Origin: the human T2T-CHM13v2.0 reference genome, Homo sapiens | DNA length: 64,000 bases | NCBI RefSeq assembly: GCF_009914755.1 | Contig: NC_060927.1 | Reading direction: 5' to 3' (one strand) | In this document: positions 28,292 to 44,984 of the stretch, one piece after another | Numbering within the stretch: position 1 is the stretch's first letter | Layout: every line of letters starts with the position of its first letter | Made by a program: the position numbers and the translations under genes | Notes under the pieces: generated by a model | The model's input: the letters and a program-made list of their open reading frames with translations, nothing else | Databases searched by the model: none | Told to the model about the DNA's origin: nothing

Positions 28292-28455
28292 TAATAATAA
28301 TCATACCTAACATTATTGAAGGATTATTTAGGAACCAAGCACAGTTCTAAGGGGCTCTCTGTATTAGCTAATTAATTACAACATTCCTATGAGGTAGGTA
28401 CTCAGGAACCACGTTTTACAGATGAGTAAGCTGCAATGTTGAAAAGATGATTTAA
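28292..28455 (-). mobile_element. MIR
   Basis: cctaacattattga...ccaagcacagttctaag...cctatgaggtaggtact...ttttacagatgag. Confidence 0.75.
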
Positions 28456-28927
28456 ATATTAGATAAAGTATTTCCTCAAATTGAACTACTCTTTTTGTTT
28501 AAGGTAAACATTGTAATAGCTGTATTATTACCTCTTCCAAGACATTAGGCTGCCTTAGTAAGTTATGGCTCACGGAAGTAAACAGTATAGATGATTTCAA
28601 CTCATAAACACAGTATAATTCTTGAATATGTTTTAAATATATCATCCTAAAACTGAACCCTGACTTGACTTGCAACTTGGTTCTGAAGTGGTACAATGGT
28701 CAAATAACAGACACATTTGGCAAAAAGTAAAATGTAGGTTTTTATTAGGCAGTTTTCAATAAATGAATCAAAAGAAATCAAGAACTATTGACCTAAAAAT
28801 ATTTCTTCAACCTATTAAACATATTTGGAGAGCTATAGAAAAAAAAGCCCCTGACATAACAGATAAAATAAACTATGTCTGAAAGAAATATTAAGTTTCA
28901 AGCAAAAATAGTAAGCTGTAGGGATTA

Positions 28928-29240
28928 CTGCACTGTCCCATATGGGAGTCGCTGTCCACATGTGGCTATTGGGCACTTGAATAAGTGGCTAGAACAAATT
29001 TGGATATGGTGTAAGTACAAGTAAGTACAAGATCTTTAATTTCACAAACTTAGTATTAAACAAAGGTAAAATATCTCATTAATAAATATTTATATTGATT
29101 GCATTTTGAAAGTATATTTATGATGTATTGTACATATTGGATTAAATAAAACATATTATAAATCAATTATGACTTTTATTTTACTCCTTTAATGTGGCTA
29201 TCACAAAATTTTAAATTATTTACAAGTCTCTCATGCTCTA
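28928..29240 (-). mobile_element. MER33 hAT-Charlie DNA element
   Basis: ctgcactgtccc...ccacatgtggctattgggcacttga...aaaatatctcattaataa...aatgtggcta. Confidence 0.8.
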
Positions 29241-29380
29241 AAACATGTGGATGATGCAATAATTCTCTCTTGCTTTGTGGATACTATAATATGTTAGTCT
29301 CTATAGATAAGAGTGTTATAAGAAATTATGTTTAAAAGTCTTAAGATAGGAAGCCTTTAGAAAATCATATACGTAATATA

Positions 29381-29732
29381 CTGTCATGAGCTGTTTAATG
29401 ACAGTTTAGTCAATGACTAACTGCATATATGAGGTTAATCCCATAAGATTATGATGGGACTAGCCTCACTGTATTTTTACTGTACCTTTTCTAGGTTTAG
29501 GTAGGTTTAGGTACACAAATACTTATCATTGTGTTACAATTCCCTGCGATATTCAGTTTGGTAACATGCTGTACAGATTGGTGTCTACCAGCAAAAGGCT
29601 ATGCCACATAACCTGCATTTGTAATAGGCTATACAATCTAGGTTTGTGTAAATACACTGTAATGTTCACAACAACATTACCTAATAACATATTTCTCAGA
29701 ATATATCTCTGACGTTAAGTGACACATGACTG
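29381..29732 (+). mobile_element. Tigger3a (MER7A-type) DNA element
   Basis: Termini ctgtcatg...catgactg with TA on both flanks; internal cccataagattat, tttttactgtaccttttcta. Confidence 0.85.
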
Positions 29733-30124
29733 TATATAGGTCACTTTAAAAATTGAAATTAAAAGCCAAATATATAAACTAATGTGTATTTTTTTTCAAA
29801 AGTCATTACATGGTAGGCTTTTTATAAAGAAACGAAATGTGTTTACTCAAAAGCAGGTGCAAAAACACAACAGAAACTATGACACATGCTAATCAGAACA
29901 CATACACACACAAAGAGTTGTCATTATATGAGAGAAATAAAAGGTGCCAAAGAGGATCCGGTTGCTTAAAAACCTTTCATGGTACAAAAAAGAATGCAAA
30001 TTATAACAACAAATATTAAGGCTGTGCTTAATAGTGGTTAGGGGCATTGTTTCTACCCCTACTCTTCCTTGATTCTAGATGTGCCACAGAAACTGTGTGT
30101 CCTTAGGCTGGCTGCTTAATGTTA

Positions 30125-30530
30125 TATTCCTGGTTCTAGCTATGTAGAGCCTGAGACAAAGGTTTGTATGCCAGTGGTTTGCTTAATTGTCTGATCCAAG
30201 GGAGAAGGCATTCAGGACAACTGGAATAAAAGAAAAGGAAGGAAAGCCAGTGCAAGAATGTCTTAGCAAGTTGGATACTGACTTCAAGACCTTCTAAGAA
30301 ATTTTACAAAATGTCAGAGCTGTCTGTATTAGGAGGAAATGGGGAGAGCACATTTCCCATTGTCTCCTGACACCCATGGGTTAAGAATAGATGCACAGTC
30401 CTTCAGATTTTATTGGTTCATGTTCTGGTTACATGGCCCTGAGCTGTGCTTGTACAAATGTAGAGCTGTGGTTGTTTCATATTGCGGTGCAGAAAAGAGC
30501 TAAGAGCAAGATGTGAGAGGTATGCCTAGC
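30125..30530 (-). mobile_element. LTR33-family ERVL LTR fragment
   Basis: agagcctgagacaaaggtttgtatgccagtggttt...ggaaagccagtgcaagaatg. Confidence 0.45.
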
Positions 30531-30669
30531 CAAGGAATGGTGTGACTTCACCTTTGTTAAGCCCATCAACAACCTTTTGGAATTGGAATTGGTCACTGCA
30601 GCAATGGCTGAAAGAAGAGGTAAAGCAAAGGAGTTCTGAAATGATGTACAAGATGTGAAAATATTAAAT

Positions 30670-33127
<2,458 letters not shown>

Positions 33128-33172
33128 ACTGCCTATAAATCCTACTTTTTCACTTGGAAATGGGGATGAGAA

Positions 33173-33960
<788 letters not shown>

Positions 33961-34063
33961 AAAGATATTATCTTTCATACACTGTTGCTATGAGGATTGA
34001 GATATTGATTATAAAACATTTAGCACAGTGTCCAGTACAAGCTCTTGCCTAATAAATATTAGC

Positions 34064-34372
34064 TTTTTTTTTCTTTTTTTGACACAGTCTTATTCTGTCA
34101 CCCAGGTTGGAGTGCAATTGTGTGATCATAGCTCACCATATGTAGCCTTGACCTCCTGGGCTCAAGCAGTCCTCCCAACTAAGCCTCCCAAGTAGCTGGG
34201 ACTATAGGCATGCACCACCACACCCAGCTAATTTTTAAATTTTTGGTAGAAAAAAGGTCTCACCATGTTACCCAGGCTGGTCTCCACCCCCTGACCTCAA
34301 ATGACCTTCCTGCCTTGGCCTTTCAGCATGTTTGTAATGCTGAGATTACAAGCATGAGCCATCACACCTGTC
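34064..34372 (-). mobile_element. AluJ
   Basis: gatcatagctcac...cctcctgggctcaagc; TSD-like aaat(a/t)ttagc. Confidence 0.88.
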
Positions 34373-34394
34373 TAAATTTTAGCATTTTTATTAC

Positions 34395-34560
34395 TCAGAT
34401 CAGCTATATCTGATCAGTATAACATGTGATCCACAAATTAGTGGCTTAAAATAAAAAAGCTGTTTTTGTTGTATTGTTTGTCCATTGTGTGTCAGCAGGA
34501 GGAATCTCACTATTGTAGTCATCCAGGAATCAAGACTGATGAAAGAGTCACAATTGTGAC
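34395..34560 (-). mobile_element. Old MLT1 (K/L-like) fragment
   Basis: caaattagtggcttaaaata...gtagtcatccaggaatcaagactgatg. Confidence 0.45.
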
Positions 34561-37500
34561 AATAAGGTTAACAAAGACAAGTCAAGATGAGGGAAATATA
34601 AAATAAATTTCAACTTTTATTTGATAATTTTACCTATGCAAGAAGCAGCTCAGAGAATGAAAGGACATCTGTTCTCCCACTATCTTCTCCATATATGTGT
34701 CCAAATGACCCTGAGTCCTGGTGTGGCCAAGGACACTGAAAATTATGTATCCATCATATCATATTGAATATAATTGTGTTTGCACCAAGATTTACTATGA
34801 GGAAAAGAGGAAAAAATTATATACTCCATAACTAGGACTTCGTGGTAGTTTATAAACACTATAGGGGTCAAACTTATGAAACGTCAGAAAGAAAGGGAAG
34901 AGGTTGCATGGGAAAGAACAGCAGTGCAGAGTCAGAAGGAGAACACAGCTGGGCCCTTTCTCTGTTATTCAAAAAAGATACTAGCAAGCCCCATGGCTTT
35001 TACTGGCATCTTGTTTTCCAGAGCCCCCTCCTGCTGTGCTAATGAGGTGAAAAGTGACCTGCTTGCTCATTTTCTGGCTCTTTACTAAGGAATGGTATGA
35101 CATGCTGAAAAACTGACTGCTTGTGCTGTGTTGGAGATTAGATCATGCAATTCCTAACAGATGCTCTTAGAGTTTTTGAAATAGCAAATCTGAAATTTCA
35201 AAACTGCATGTGTTTCTCATCTAAAATGCTGAAGGTGTAACAACACTCCTGTTAATTTCGCACAGTTTCACATATGGCTCTTCAATACAATGTGTCACAA
35301 GCTACTGGCCTACAAATTACTCAGTTTGCTATTCCAATCAATAATTATGAGCTATGAAGAGCCCTCAAGCGTCCAATTTCATTTGATGACATATTTTGCA
35401 CTCTGATCCTTCTATCATAAGAAAGTGTTTTTCTTTTGATGGCATTAATATCACCTTTTAAGATCAGTCTTGCAAACTCAGCCCTCAAGGGGCATTTTAT
35501 ATCTTTTGTTACCAGATGAAGGGCATCTCCTTGTTTACGACCTTGAGGTCAGTACAGACAGAATATACATGCATCTGTATTCCTGTGTTTTCATGTGCGG
35601 AAGTCAAAAAGACGGGAGACAAGTTTACTTAGAATTGAGAATAGCACAATTTTTCATGAATTATGCTTTAAAAAGAGTACAGTAAAATAGTTAGGGTTAG
35701 TATAAAACAAACAAAATTGTATGCATCGGAAAGGCAATGTCTTAATTGGGGCTATTAGAAAAATGTGACATAAATTCTGTGTCATTTAGTCATAAAAACA
35801 AAGGAAAGATTATCTTTATTGTACCAGGAGTAGTAACAATAGAAACATCAATAAGATTCCTGATTCAAGTAATAGAACTTTATAAGCAAGATTGAACAGA
35901 GCAGAGGCTTAAAAAATTATATTCAGCTTACTAGTGGGGGATCAGAGTTGTATTCTAGCTTTTAAATTAAAGAAAAATTTTAAAGAATGCACAAATTTAA
36001 ATTCAGAGAGAAAGAGAACTGGTCTCTGAGAAGAGAAGAATGTATATCTTTAGATTCTTTGAGTGGGATTTCTTTTCCTTCTCACTCTTTCCAGTGTTAC
36101 AAGTATTTGAGGCTTAAGCTCTCTTGGTCATCTAGGGAAGAAATATAAAATTTCTAGTGATAAAACTATTTGATTGTTTAGAGGAAAAAGCTGCTTACTG
36201 TGTCTCATGTCACACCATCCAAACTTCCGCACAAAATAGCAATAGATCTCATGAGAGTCCTTGCTGATGTACTTTGGAATCAAAAGGGAGCTGAACCCAT
36301 GCCCAAAGACTAGCTAACCTCTTGAGCACCAAACACTTTTGGAGCACAGACTAGCTTCATTTGATCAGCAGCCTGATTCTTTTAGTTCAATGTCTTGCAA
36401 GAGGCATACCTGAGTGCTTAGTTCTTTTCTGACTTATTCAATTTAGATATACCTCTTCATGATACTTCCAGGAAACCTGTATACCCAAGGAAAAGAGAAA
36501 ATTCTTCTACCTGTACTTGAGAATGAGAAGGAAACTAATACATCTTGAGGTCCCCAGAGCTGGTAATGTGGTTGGTTGGTTAATAAAACCCTTTTCCACA
36601 AACATAAAAAAACTAGTGTTTCTATTAAAATAAAAATTAATTCATTCACCACATGTGATAGTCAGGGAACCTGAGGTAAGTGGAATGTCAAATGGAGAAT
36701 GGGTGTTGGCTAGAACATAAAATCTGCAAAGATGAAGTCCTCTTGGGGATATATCTGCTTGCTACAGATAGGTAAAGATTAGTAGATAACTAAGCAGTTT
36801 AAGCTAGGAACAAAAATTTGATTTGACAAAAGGAAATATAAGTAGCTCATATTTTATGGAATTTGGGGTGTTTTAGGCAGTGAAGACGTCAACATTTTCA
36901 TAATTTATTGAACTCAGGTTAAGAGTATTGTATTATTTCAAGCCTGATATTATACAACCTAAGAAAAAATTGCCAAACCAATAATGGTGACTATGAAAAG
37001 AAAAAGAAAATTTTAAAGCAAAATGCTTAAAAAAAACCAAGATGGCCCTTTCTGAAAATATAAGAACTAGTATAAATACCTAAGGATAGCATCATATAGC
37101 CAAGTAAAATTGAATTTCTATCTAGAACAATGTTTCAGAAATATTTTACAGTCTAAGTAATCTAATGATATTAAAATAATATCACTGTATGTAGATGATA
37201 TACACATACGCAGACATACACACCCACAAATAGAGTACCTACCATCAAAGGCTAAAATCTCATCTATTTCTTATCTTAGGCTCATTATATACAACTTACC
37301 TAATGCAATCTTCTTCAATATCATAAACCTTTAAAAATAAAATTTAAAAAAGAGGACTATGGGAAAACCAAAATTCTTGTTATTGCAATTATTGAACTTA
37401 CACATACAAGATCTTTGAGGAGGGATTTGATCTTGACACAGAAACTTATCAATTGTGTTTCCATAGAAGTAATCATTTTAGGACTCTTGATGCTGAAAAA

Positions 37501-40149
37501 TGTCCTCATTTCTGTCTTGTTGACCATGTACTCATCTCAGGTGCATTAATCCCCCCATCACATTTGGTAAATTGTTACATAGTTTTTTTTTTTTCATTAT
37601 AACAGAAACTTTTATTTGATGTATCTGGCTTCCATGGAGAAGACAAGATGAAAGAAATGTGTTGGAAAATGGTCTGGAGTAGGCATCAACTGTGTGAAGC
37701 TAAAGGACTAAACAAAGTCAAAGCTAAAGTTTCTTACAGATCTAATACTCTGATTTCTTTTTTTTTTAATTCTATCTTCTCTTTAAAGTAGATATTCTCA
37801 TCCTTTGGGACAAGATATTTAACTATAGGTCATGTTCTTCAGCTAACAATATCAAATAGCATCACTTTGTTTTCAAATAGTCTCAAGTTCAGTCCCACCT
37901 TACAAGAGGCACTGGTACAATGTATTAATTAAACAATTCATGAACAAAAATTCAGGAAGATTCATAAAACCTAAAATTGATTCACATCATTTAACAAGTT
38001 GAGAGATGGGAGTGCACTATGTCCAGAAAGATTTGGTTCAAATATTTCAACGAGACATGATATTTGAAATATTTTCTATTTATTCACACCTAAATTGAAC
38101 TCACCATGTGTGTTTCCTCAAAATATAAATTTGTTTATGTAAATGGATGCCCTATATGCAAAATACAGGCAGAAAAATTCTATTTAGGCATAAACATCCT
38201 ATTTTATATGCCTAGGAAGATGTTATAAACTTACACATAAACCTAAAGTTTGAGCATCTGAAAGTGGTTAAAAAAATGGTGAAAAGTTCACCTACTAGCT
38301 AACTGGTAGGAAAAATGTGCTACGATTTTCTGCTCATATTCTAAGATAGCTTTAGATTGGTCTTAAATTGAATTTCAAATTATAAAATGATGACCGTAAG
38401 TCACTCATGAATTTCTTTAATTCCCCACCTAGATAGACTCACATATATACCTGGCCTGATGCTAGACAGGAGAGACTTTCCAATCTACACTAGTCTCTTT
38501 TCATCCTTTTATATAACTACAGATAATATCATTACTTCTTCCTTTGGCTCATCTGAAAATCATATGAGGTATTATTGTTTGGAAATTTAAACCATAATGG
38601 AACATATTATTCAGTTTTTCTTTCTTTTGAGTCATACTCTATTTGATTTTGACCATTGAACTAATATTTTCCAATGATTTTCCATTATTTCTTTTGTTAG
38701 CTGCCAGCCTATCAATAACTTCAAGTATATCAACTTACTGCAGGTACATTATGATCTTCCTTATTCAGAGCTTTTCTTCTTAAAATAATACCCTTCATTC
38801 TAATAATAGCATTGTATTTTGCAAATGTCTCAAATGTGGGAAAAAAAGTCCTAAAAGGGAATGAGTTCTGTTTTTCATTGCATTCCTATAATTACATTGC
38901 CTGCACGCTGCCTGACAAACTTATTAGGTGCTCAATGAATACCTAATATTTTGCACGTTTCACTGGCTTTGTAAAAATCAAATAAAAAATATCCTTCAGG
39001 ACTTCAACAAAAATACGTAGGTTTTACTGATTTTGAAGTCATGTTTCATTTCCAAGCTACATTACTATTTGTGCATTTCACTCAGCTTTAATTAAAGTTA
39101 AAACCAAAATACCTTTACACCTATACAAAAGTTATCCTGGACTCTACTATCAAAGAAAGACTCAAAAGTATAAGAGAACAAGTATAAAAAATATAAGAGA
39201 AGGAAAATGGAACATTAAACAGGAATTATTTTATTTTAATTTTCTACTATCAAGAATTTCCAGACTTTTTTTGTGGCGACAGGATGAGAAGGAGTAATGG
39301 AGATATGCAGCTAATTATGAGGACACAGAATAAATCTGCATATGAAACATGTAATACCTTGAGCAAGCAATTTTGCAATAAGATAAAATACTCACAATGT
39401 TTCCTGTAAACACTGTCACATCGAAAGCCTATTTCATTTGAAGCTTATTTCTGAAAGAATCACCAAGAAATATTCTGTTACTATCAGAAGTAACTTTGAC
39501 AAATCTTTCAATAAATTTAATAAATTACTTCTAATTTATTACCCCTGACTTTACCTATAATTATTATTCTTATAATTAAATTAATAGTCTAAAGGATTCT
39601 GTGATAATAGTGGCATTTTTGTATGGCAACCAATGATTGATGATCAAATGCAAAGCAAACTAGTAATTTATCTCAGCAAATTATCCACTATACACACATT
39701 TCAAGGCATCACAACTTACTTGCTGTAACTCAAAGGATTATCTTTTGACAAGCTTTCAGTTGTGTTTCCTTAATTAAAGGACGCCTAACACAATACAGGT
39801 TAACTCTTCCAATCTAGATGCTGGTAGATATATCCTGGGATTTGCCACCGGCAAAGGAGATTATATGCCTTCTTCATTTGCATGCAGCCTGGTAGAAGAA
39901 ACTAAAAAAGCCTGTGCATGAAGAAGTAGAGGGACTCCTAGTACTGTATACTGATGGCTATGGAGAAATGTGTGTGCCTAAACTTTCCTAGGGAGCAGAA
40001 CAGAAAGACTTGACAATTCTGAAGCACACTCTTTATTATTGAGTGACATATTTAATTTCCAGTGAAAGCACTGACACAGTTTTTCCAACTTGTGATTTGC
40101 TGAATGGTTTACAATTGTTTTGCCCATCTGAAGAAATCTGTAACATAAT

Positions 40150-40477
40150 ATTTATTTACTTTTTAAATTAATTTACTTTTTATTTATTTAATTTTTAGAA
40201 ACAGAGTGTCACTTTGTCACCCAGGCTGGAGGGCAGTAGCACTATCATAGCTCACTGTAGCCTCAAACTCATGGGCAGAAGGAATTCTCTCACCTCAGCT
40301 TCCTGAGTAGCTGGGACTACAGGCACACACAACACCTGGCTAATTGTTTTAATTTTTTATAGAGATGGCATCTTGCTATGTTGCCTAGGCTGGTCTCAAA
40401 CTCCTAGCCTCAAGCAATCCTCTTGTGTTGGCCTCCCAAAGTGCTGTAATTATAAGTGTGAGCCACCTCGGCCAGCC
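40150..40477 (-). mobile_element. AluJ
   Basis: atcatagctcactgtagcctcaaactc; TSD aacataat. Confidence 0.9.
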
Positions 40478-41618
40478 AACATAATGTTGATTTATATGAA
40501 AGAGTTTTGTGTGATGACAAAGATAATAGATGAGTCGGAGAAGTGAACATATAGATGTATCTTCAGCCACAGAGGGTAACAGAAGAAGCATTTAGCTGTA
40601 CTTGTACTAAAATACAAACAACTTTTCAGCTGAAAAAGTGCTTTTAAGCTTTCTACATACATTTATCTGTTCACTTAGTCAACAAACTGACGTAATCTTA
40701 ATCCATTCCCTCTACTGCTGACCCACTAAGCATCCCCTCTTATAAAAGGCAAAGCCAGCTAGAAGCATTTAAATGAAACTGCCTTTAGAAGCCTCCAATT
40801 CCTATTAGACAGAGAAATGAACAAGATGAAGAAGGAAGGTTAGGGTTTTTTTACAATGAAAACTTTTTTGCATATCATTTTTTAAAAGGCCTTACAAAAC
40901 TGCATCCTATCAGCACATTTCCAAAACTTTCACTCAAATAATAGTAGTGACATTTTCCTTACATTGCTCAAGTTTGAAGAAATCCCAAAATAGCTCAGCA
41001 CTAAACACAGACGATCTGCCAAATTCCAAATCTGCAGCCCCAACAACACTCGAAGATAAGTTATTTTAAATATTTTACACACAACTAGCATGGTTACCCA
41101 CTGCTTTTTGAAGCAATTTGTAAAGCTTAATAGAAGATGATCTTGGATGAAGTTCCACTGTAACACAGTTGAGCATTTCTGCTCCTTGAGAAAAGTGGTG
41201 TTCAGGGAAGGATGACATTATATTCTGGAATTAAACTCGAGAAGGAATTGGTTTTATTTTTGGTTAATACAATTCACTACATCCTCTGGCATTTTCATCT
41301 GTCAGAGAGTAAGAAAGATAAAGAGTAAATCAACATTTTGCTTTACTTTTATTCAACTCCCAGTTATCCCAAAATGAATACTAGAACCCTGTTCTTCTGG
41401 CCTTTAAACAATTATACTTCTCATTAAAGTGGTGATATTTGGAAGACAAACCTCATTTTCATCAGCAAATGTCTTCTGAGTGGTCTTTGAGTAACTGCTA
41501 AGTAATTCCCACAAAGTCTTGTAAGAATGCTCTGAAATTATGCTGAAAACAGAGTTAAGTGTTTGGGAATAGAGTGAAGGTGGAGGTAACCTGGAGGCAT
41601 TCTTGACTACTATTATTC

Positions 41619-41883
41619 TTTTTAAAAATTATTTTAACTCTTATTTTAGATTCAGGGGTACACGTGTAAGTTTGTTACATGGGTAAATTGCCTGACACTG
41701 AGGTTTGGGGTAAGACTGATTCTGTAGCCCTTGTACATATGAAAAAATGCTCAACATCACTAATCATTAGAGAAATGTGAATCAAAACCACAATGAGATA
41801 CTATCTCAGACCAGACAGAGTGGCTGTTATTAAAAGATCAAGAAATAACAGACATCGTTGAGGTTGCAGAGAAAAGAGAACAC
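41619..41883 (-). mobile_element. Older L1PA insertion with 5' inversion (twin-priming type)
   Basis: Antisense 3' end 41619-41730 (ttagattcaggggtacacgtg) joined to sense ORF2-end piece 41735-41883 (aaaatgctcaacatcactaatcattagagaaatg). Confidence 0.75.
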
Positions 41884-42158
41884 CTAACCTACCAAATGTC
41901 TGGACTTAGTCTAGCCTACCTTAAGTGTGCTTAGCACACTTATAGTAACCTATAGTTGGGCAAAATTATCTATCACAAGGCCTATGTTATAATAAAGTGT
42001 TGAATATCTCATGTATTTTATTGGACACTCTACTGAAAGTGAAAACAAAATGGTTGTATGAATCACTTGTAGTAGTTTCTACTGAATACATATCACTTTT
42101 GTACCATTGTAAAGTCAAAAAATTGTAAGGCAAGTCATTGTAAGTCAGAAACCATCTT
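41880..42158 (+). mobile_element. MER47A DNA element lacking its 5' end
   Basis: acacctaacctacc...ctagcctaccttaa...gttgggcaaaat...ataataaagtgttgaatatctcatg. Confidence 0.75.
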
Positions 42159-42444
42159 TACTCTGCTAAATTCAAAAGCTATATTCTTCTCCTTCACTTT
42201 GTTCTTCTTTTTATTCCTTAAACTTTCCTTCTCTGTCATACTTAAACTAGTAACAAACCTTTTCATACCTTTTATATATGAGTTTGGTTGGCCTTCTCCT
42301 TGATGTTTTCTTACCTAAATGTTATCTTCCTTCCTCTTTTACTAGTTACTTTGCTCAAAAAACTCTATTCCAAGTAGGCCAAACTGAGTGCTTTAGGGCA
42401 GTGTCCTCTGGACAGACAAGTTTCCCAAGACTTATGATCCCAAC

Positions 42445-43076
42445 TGTAAGTACAGGGATTTCCCAAAACCACTCTCAAGTTTGACAATTCACTAGGGAGA
42501 CTCACAGAACTCATTGAAAGCTATTATGCTCACAGTCATGCTTATTACAAAGAAAGATTACAAATTAGAACCAGCCAAAGGAAGAGACACCAAAGTCAGA
42601 GTCTGGGAGGGTTCCAAAGGCAAAGCTTCTGTTGTTTTCCAGCATCAATATGTGACCATACACATGGAGGACTGCTAACCAGAGAAGCTCGGCTGAGCTG
42701 AGCTGTCCAGAGAGTTTATTGAGGCTTCATATTTAGGCATGATTAATTAATTAATTACCTACATATTTGAACTCCATCTGCAGCTCCCCACCAACTTTTA
42801 GATTAAGATGATATAATGTGGTTCATAGTTGCTATCCTAAACTATATGGTTGGTCTTTATGGTGTGGCCAGGCCCCACTCTAAGACTACTGAGTGTGATA
42901 ATCCTCACCAAGAATCATCTTATTAGCATAAAATAGGTATAGTTTCAGGGGTCCACCTTAGATAATGAAGATATTTCCATAACTCTGAAAATTCTAAGTG
43001 TTTAGAGGCTGCCATCTAGCAGCTGAGGACAAACTCCAGACTTATATTTGGGTGAGGCCAAACTCTTCACTGCACA
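42445..43076 (-). mobile_element. MER77/MER21-group ERVL solo LTR
   Basis: caattcactagggagactcacagaactca...agccaaaggaagagac...cttattagcata...ctcttcactgcaca. Confidence 0.7.
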
Positions 43077-43177
43077 CACTTCATTGAGGCCCTCTTCTCA
43101 TCATCCTTCAACTGTCTATATTCATTTCTATTGTGTCAACTGATACTAATAAATGATTAATCATTTGAATTTTACCT

Positions 43178-43308
43178 TTCCAGAATTTCATCTTTGTGCA
43201 TCTGTTTCCTCATTCATAGCAAAACCAAATATTTTCAAAGTTTATTTCTGTGGTAAAACAATATGATAATGGTTGTGAGGTGCTTTGTAAATTGCAAAAC
43301 ATTATTAT
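43178..43308 (+). repeat. Left arm of inverted repeat (copy of the MIR at 43831-43963)
   Basis: Reverse complement of 43831-43963 with 3 substitutions and one 2-bp gap. Confidence 0.95.
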
Positions 43309-43337
43309 TCATCTTTCCAGAAATGCCTAATAAATGA

Positions 43338-43810
43338 CTCTCAAATCTATATCCCAGAGTCCTCTCCTGGGCTTTATTTTCAAGTATCTGTTGGGCATTT
43401 TTACCTATGTAACTCAGTGACATCCTTAGATCTGTACTTTCAAAGTCAAACTCATTATCTTTCTTCTAAATCCTTTCTCTCATGGGTTTCTCTCTCTGTT
43501 AATGACAACATTCTCATCAAAGTTGGAACCTGGAGTCATTTTTTTTTTCTCTCCTTTTGGTTTCATTTCTAATCAGTTGCTTACATTCAATACAATCTGT
43601 CTCCATGCTGCATGTAGCTGTGTTTCAAATCTCCTTATCTTTCATTTGAACCAACATAATAGACTTGTTTATTCCCGTGCTATCTCCCTCTAACTTTGAC
43701 CAATAAATGGACGAAGTTAGAGGGAGATAACTTGGATTTCTAAAATAAGGTTAAGATTATACTCTTTAGCATCTCAAAATTCTTCAAGAGCTCCCTGGTG
43801 AATTAAGAAG
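43338..43810 (+). mobile_element. L2 fragment (host element spans roughly 42160-44420 with interruptions)
   Basis: atgactctcaaatctatatccc...aaactcattatcttt...aacctggagtcatt...ctcaaaattcttcaagagctccc. Confidence 0.7.
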
Positions 43811-43830
43811 TAATAATCCTTTACAGTTGC

Positions 43831-44020
43831 ATAATAATGTTTTGCAATTTACAAAGCACCTCACAATCATTACCATATTGTTTTACCACAGAAATAAACT
43901 TTGAAAATACTTGGTTTTGCTATGAATGAGGAAACTGAGATGCACAAAGATGAAATTCTGGAATGTTTCGGTAACTGACAGAGATTTACATCTTATCTAT
44001 TATATTCAAATCCACTCTTC
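43831..44020 (-). mobile_element. MIR; 43831-43963 is the right arm of the inverted repeat
   Basis: atttacaaagcacctcaca...atgaggaaactgagatgcacaaaga. Confidence 0.7.
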
Positions 44021-44606
44021 TCTGAGACAGAGGTATATTCCTCATGTAGTCATCCAGTGTATTCTATTGCAAAGGCATGCTGTACCTTTTTGATCTTATG
44101 TGCCATCGCCAACACCCACTAATTCTATATTTTAGTTAAATTCTACTACTCACATATCTCAGTTTTGAATCACTGCAATTTTATTTTTTGTGCGAAATCT
44201 ACTCTACCTCTCCCTTTTGTTATCCTATACATTCTCCCAATTCTTCATAAAATCTTTACTGATATTGAGTCTATGTGATCTCTTCTTCATGCTTTTTATT
44301 TTTTTGTGTATTATTTTCTTATGTCCACAAGCTTGAAGGTGTTTGTATTCCCAAGTGATGAGTACACATGGGACCTTTCACAGATATGCCACTCAGGACA
44401 CAAATATTGAATGGACGTATTTCATTTATTTCCATACCATGTTTCAAAGAGTATGAGAATTCCTATGATGGGTTTGACCTAAGCATTCTATATTTGGCAG
44501 AAGAAAAAAAAAACAGATGTATGTTAAAGAAAAAAAAATTCTGAGATTTTTTTCAATTGGTAGAAAAATTTTATATAGGACTATTGCAGTAGATGTCAAG
44601 ACTACT

Positions 44607-44906
44607 GGCCTAGTGCGGTGGCTCATGCCTGTAATCCCAGCACTTTGGAAGGCCGAGTCCAGCAAATCACTTGAGGCCAGGATTTTGAGACCAGCCTGAC
44701 CAATATGGTGAAACCGCCCCTCTACTTAAAAAAAAGAACGAAATAGTGGGGTGTGCCACCATGTGTCTGTAATCCCAACTACTCAGGAGGCTGAGGCACG
44801 AGAATTGCTTGAACCTTGGAGGTGGAGGTTGCAGTGAGTTGAGAGCCACTGCACTCCAGCCTAGGCAACAGAGCAAGACTCTGTCTCAAAAAAAAGGAAA
44901 AAAAAA
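44607..44906 (+). mobile_element. Alu (old S or Jb-like)
   Basis: Full dimer, 14-bp TSD agatgtcaagacta. Confidence 0.92.
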
Positions 44907-44984
44907 AGATGTCAAGACTATTGCAATAGAGTAGAGATATCAACTCAACTCTCAATACAGTAAAAACAGCTGGAGATTTATAGC

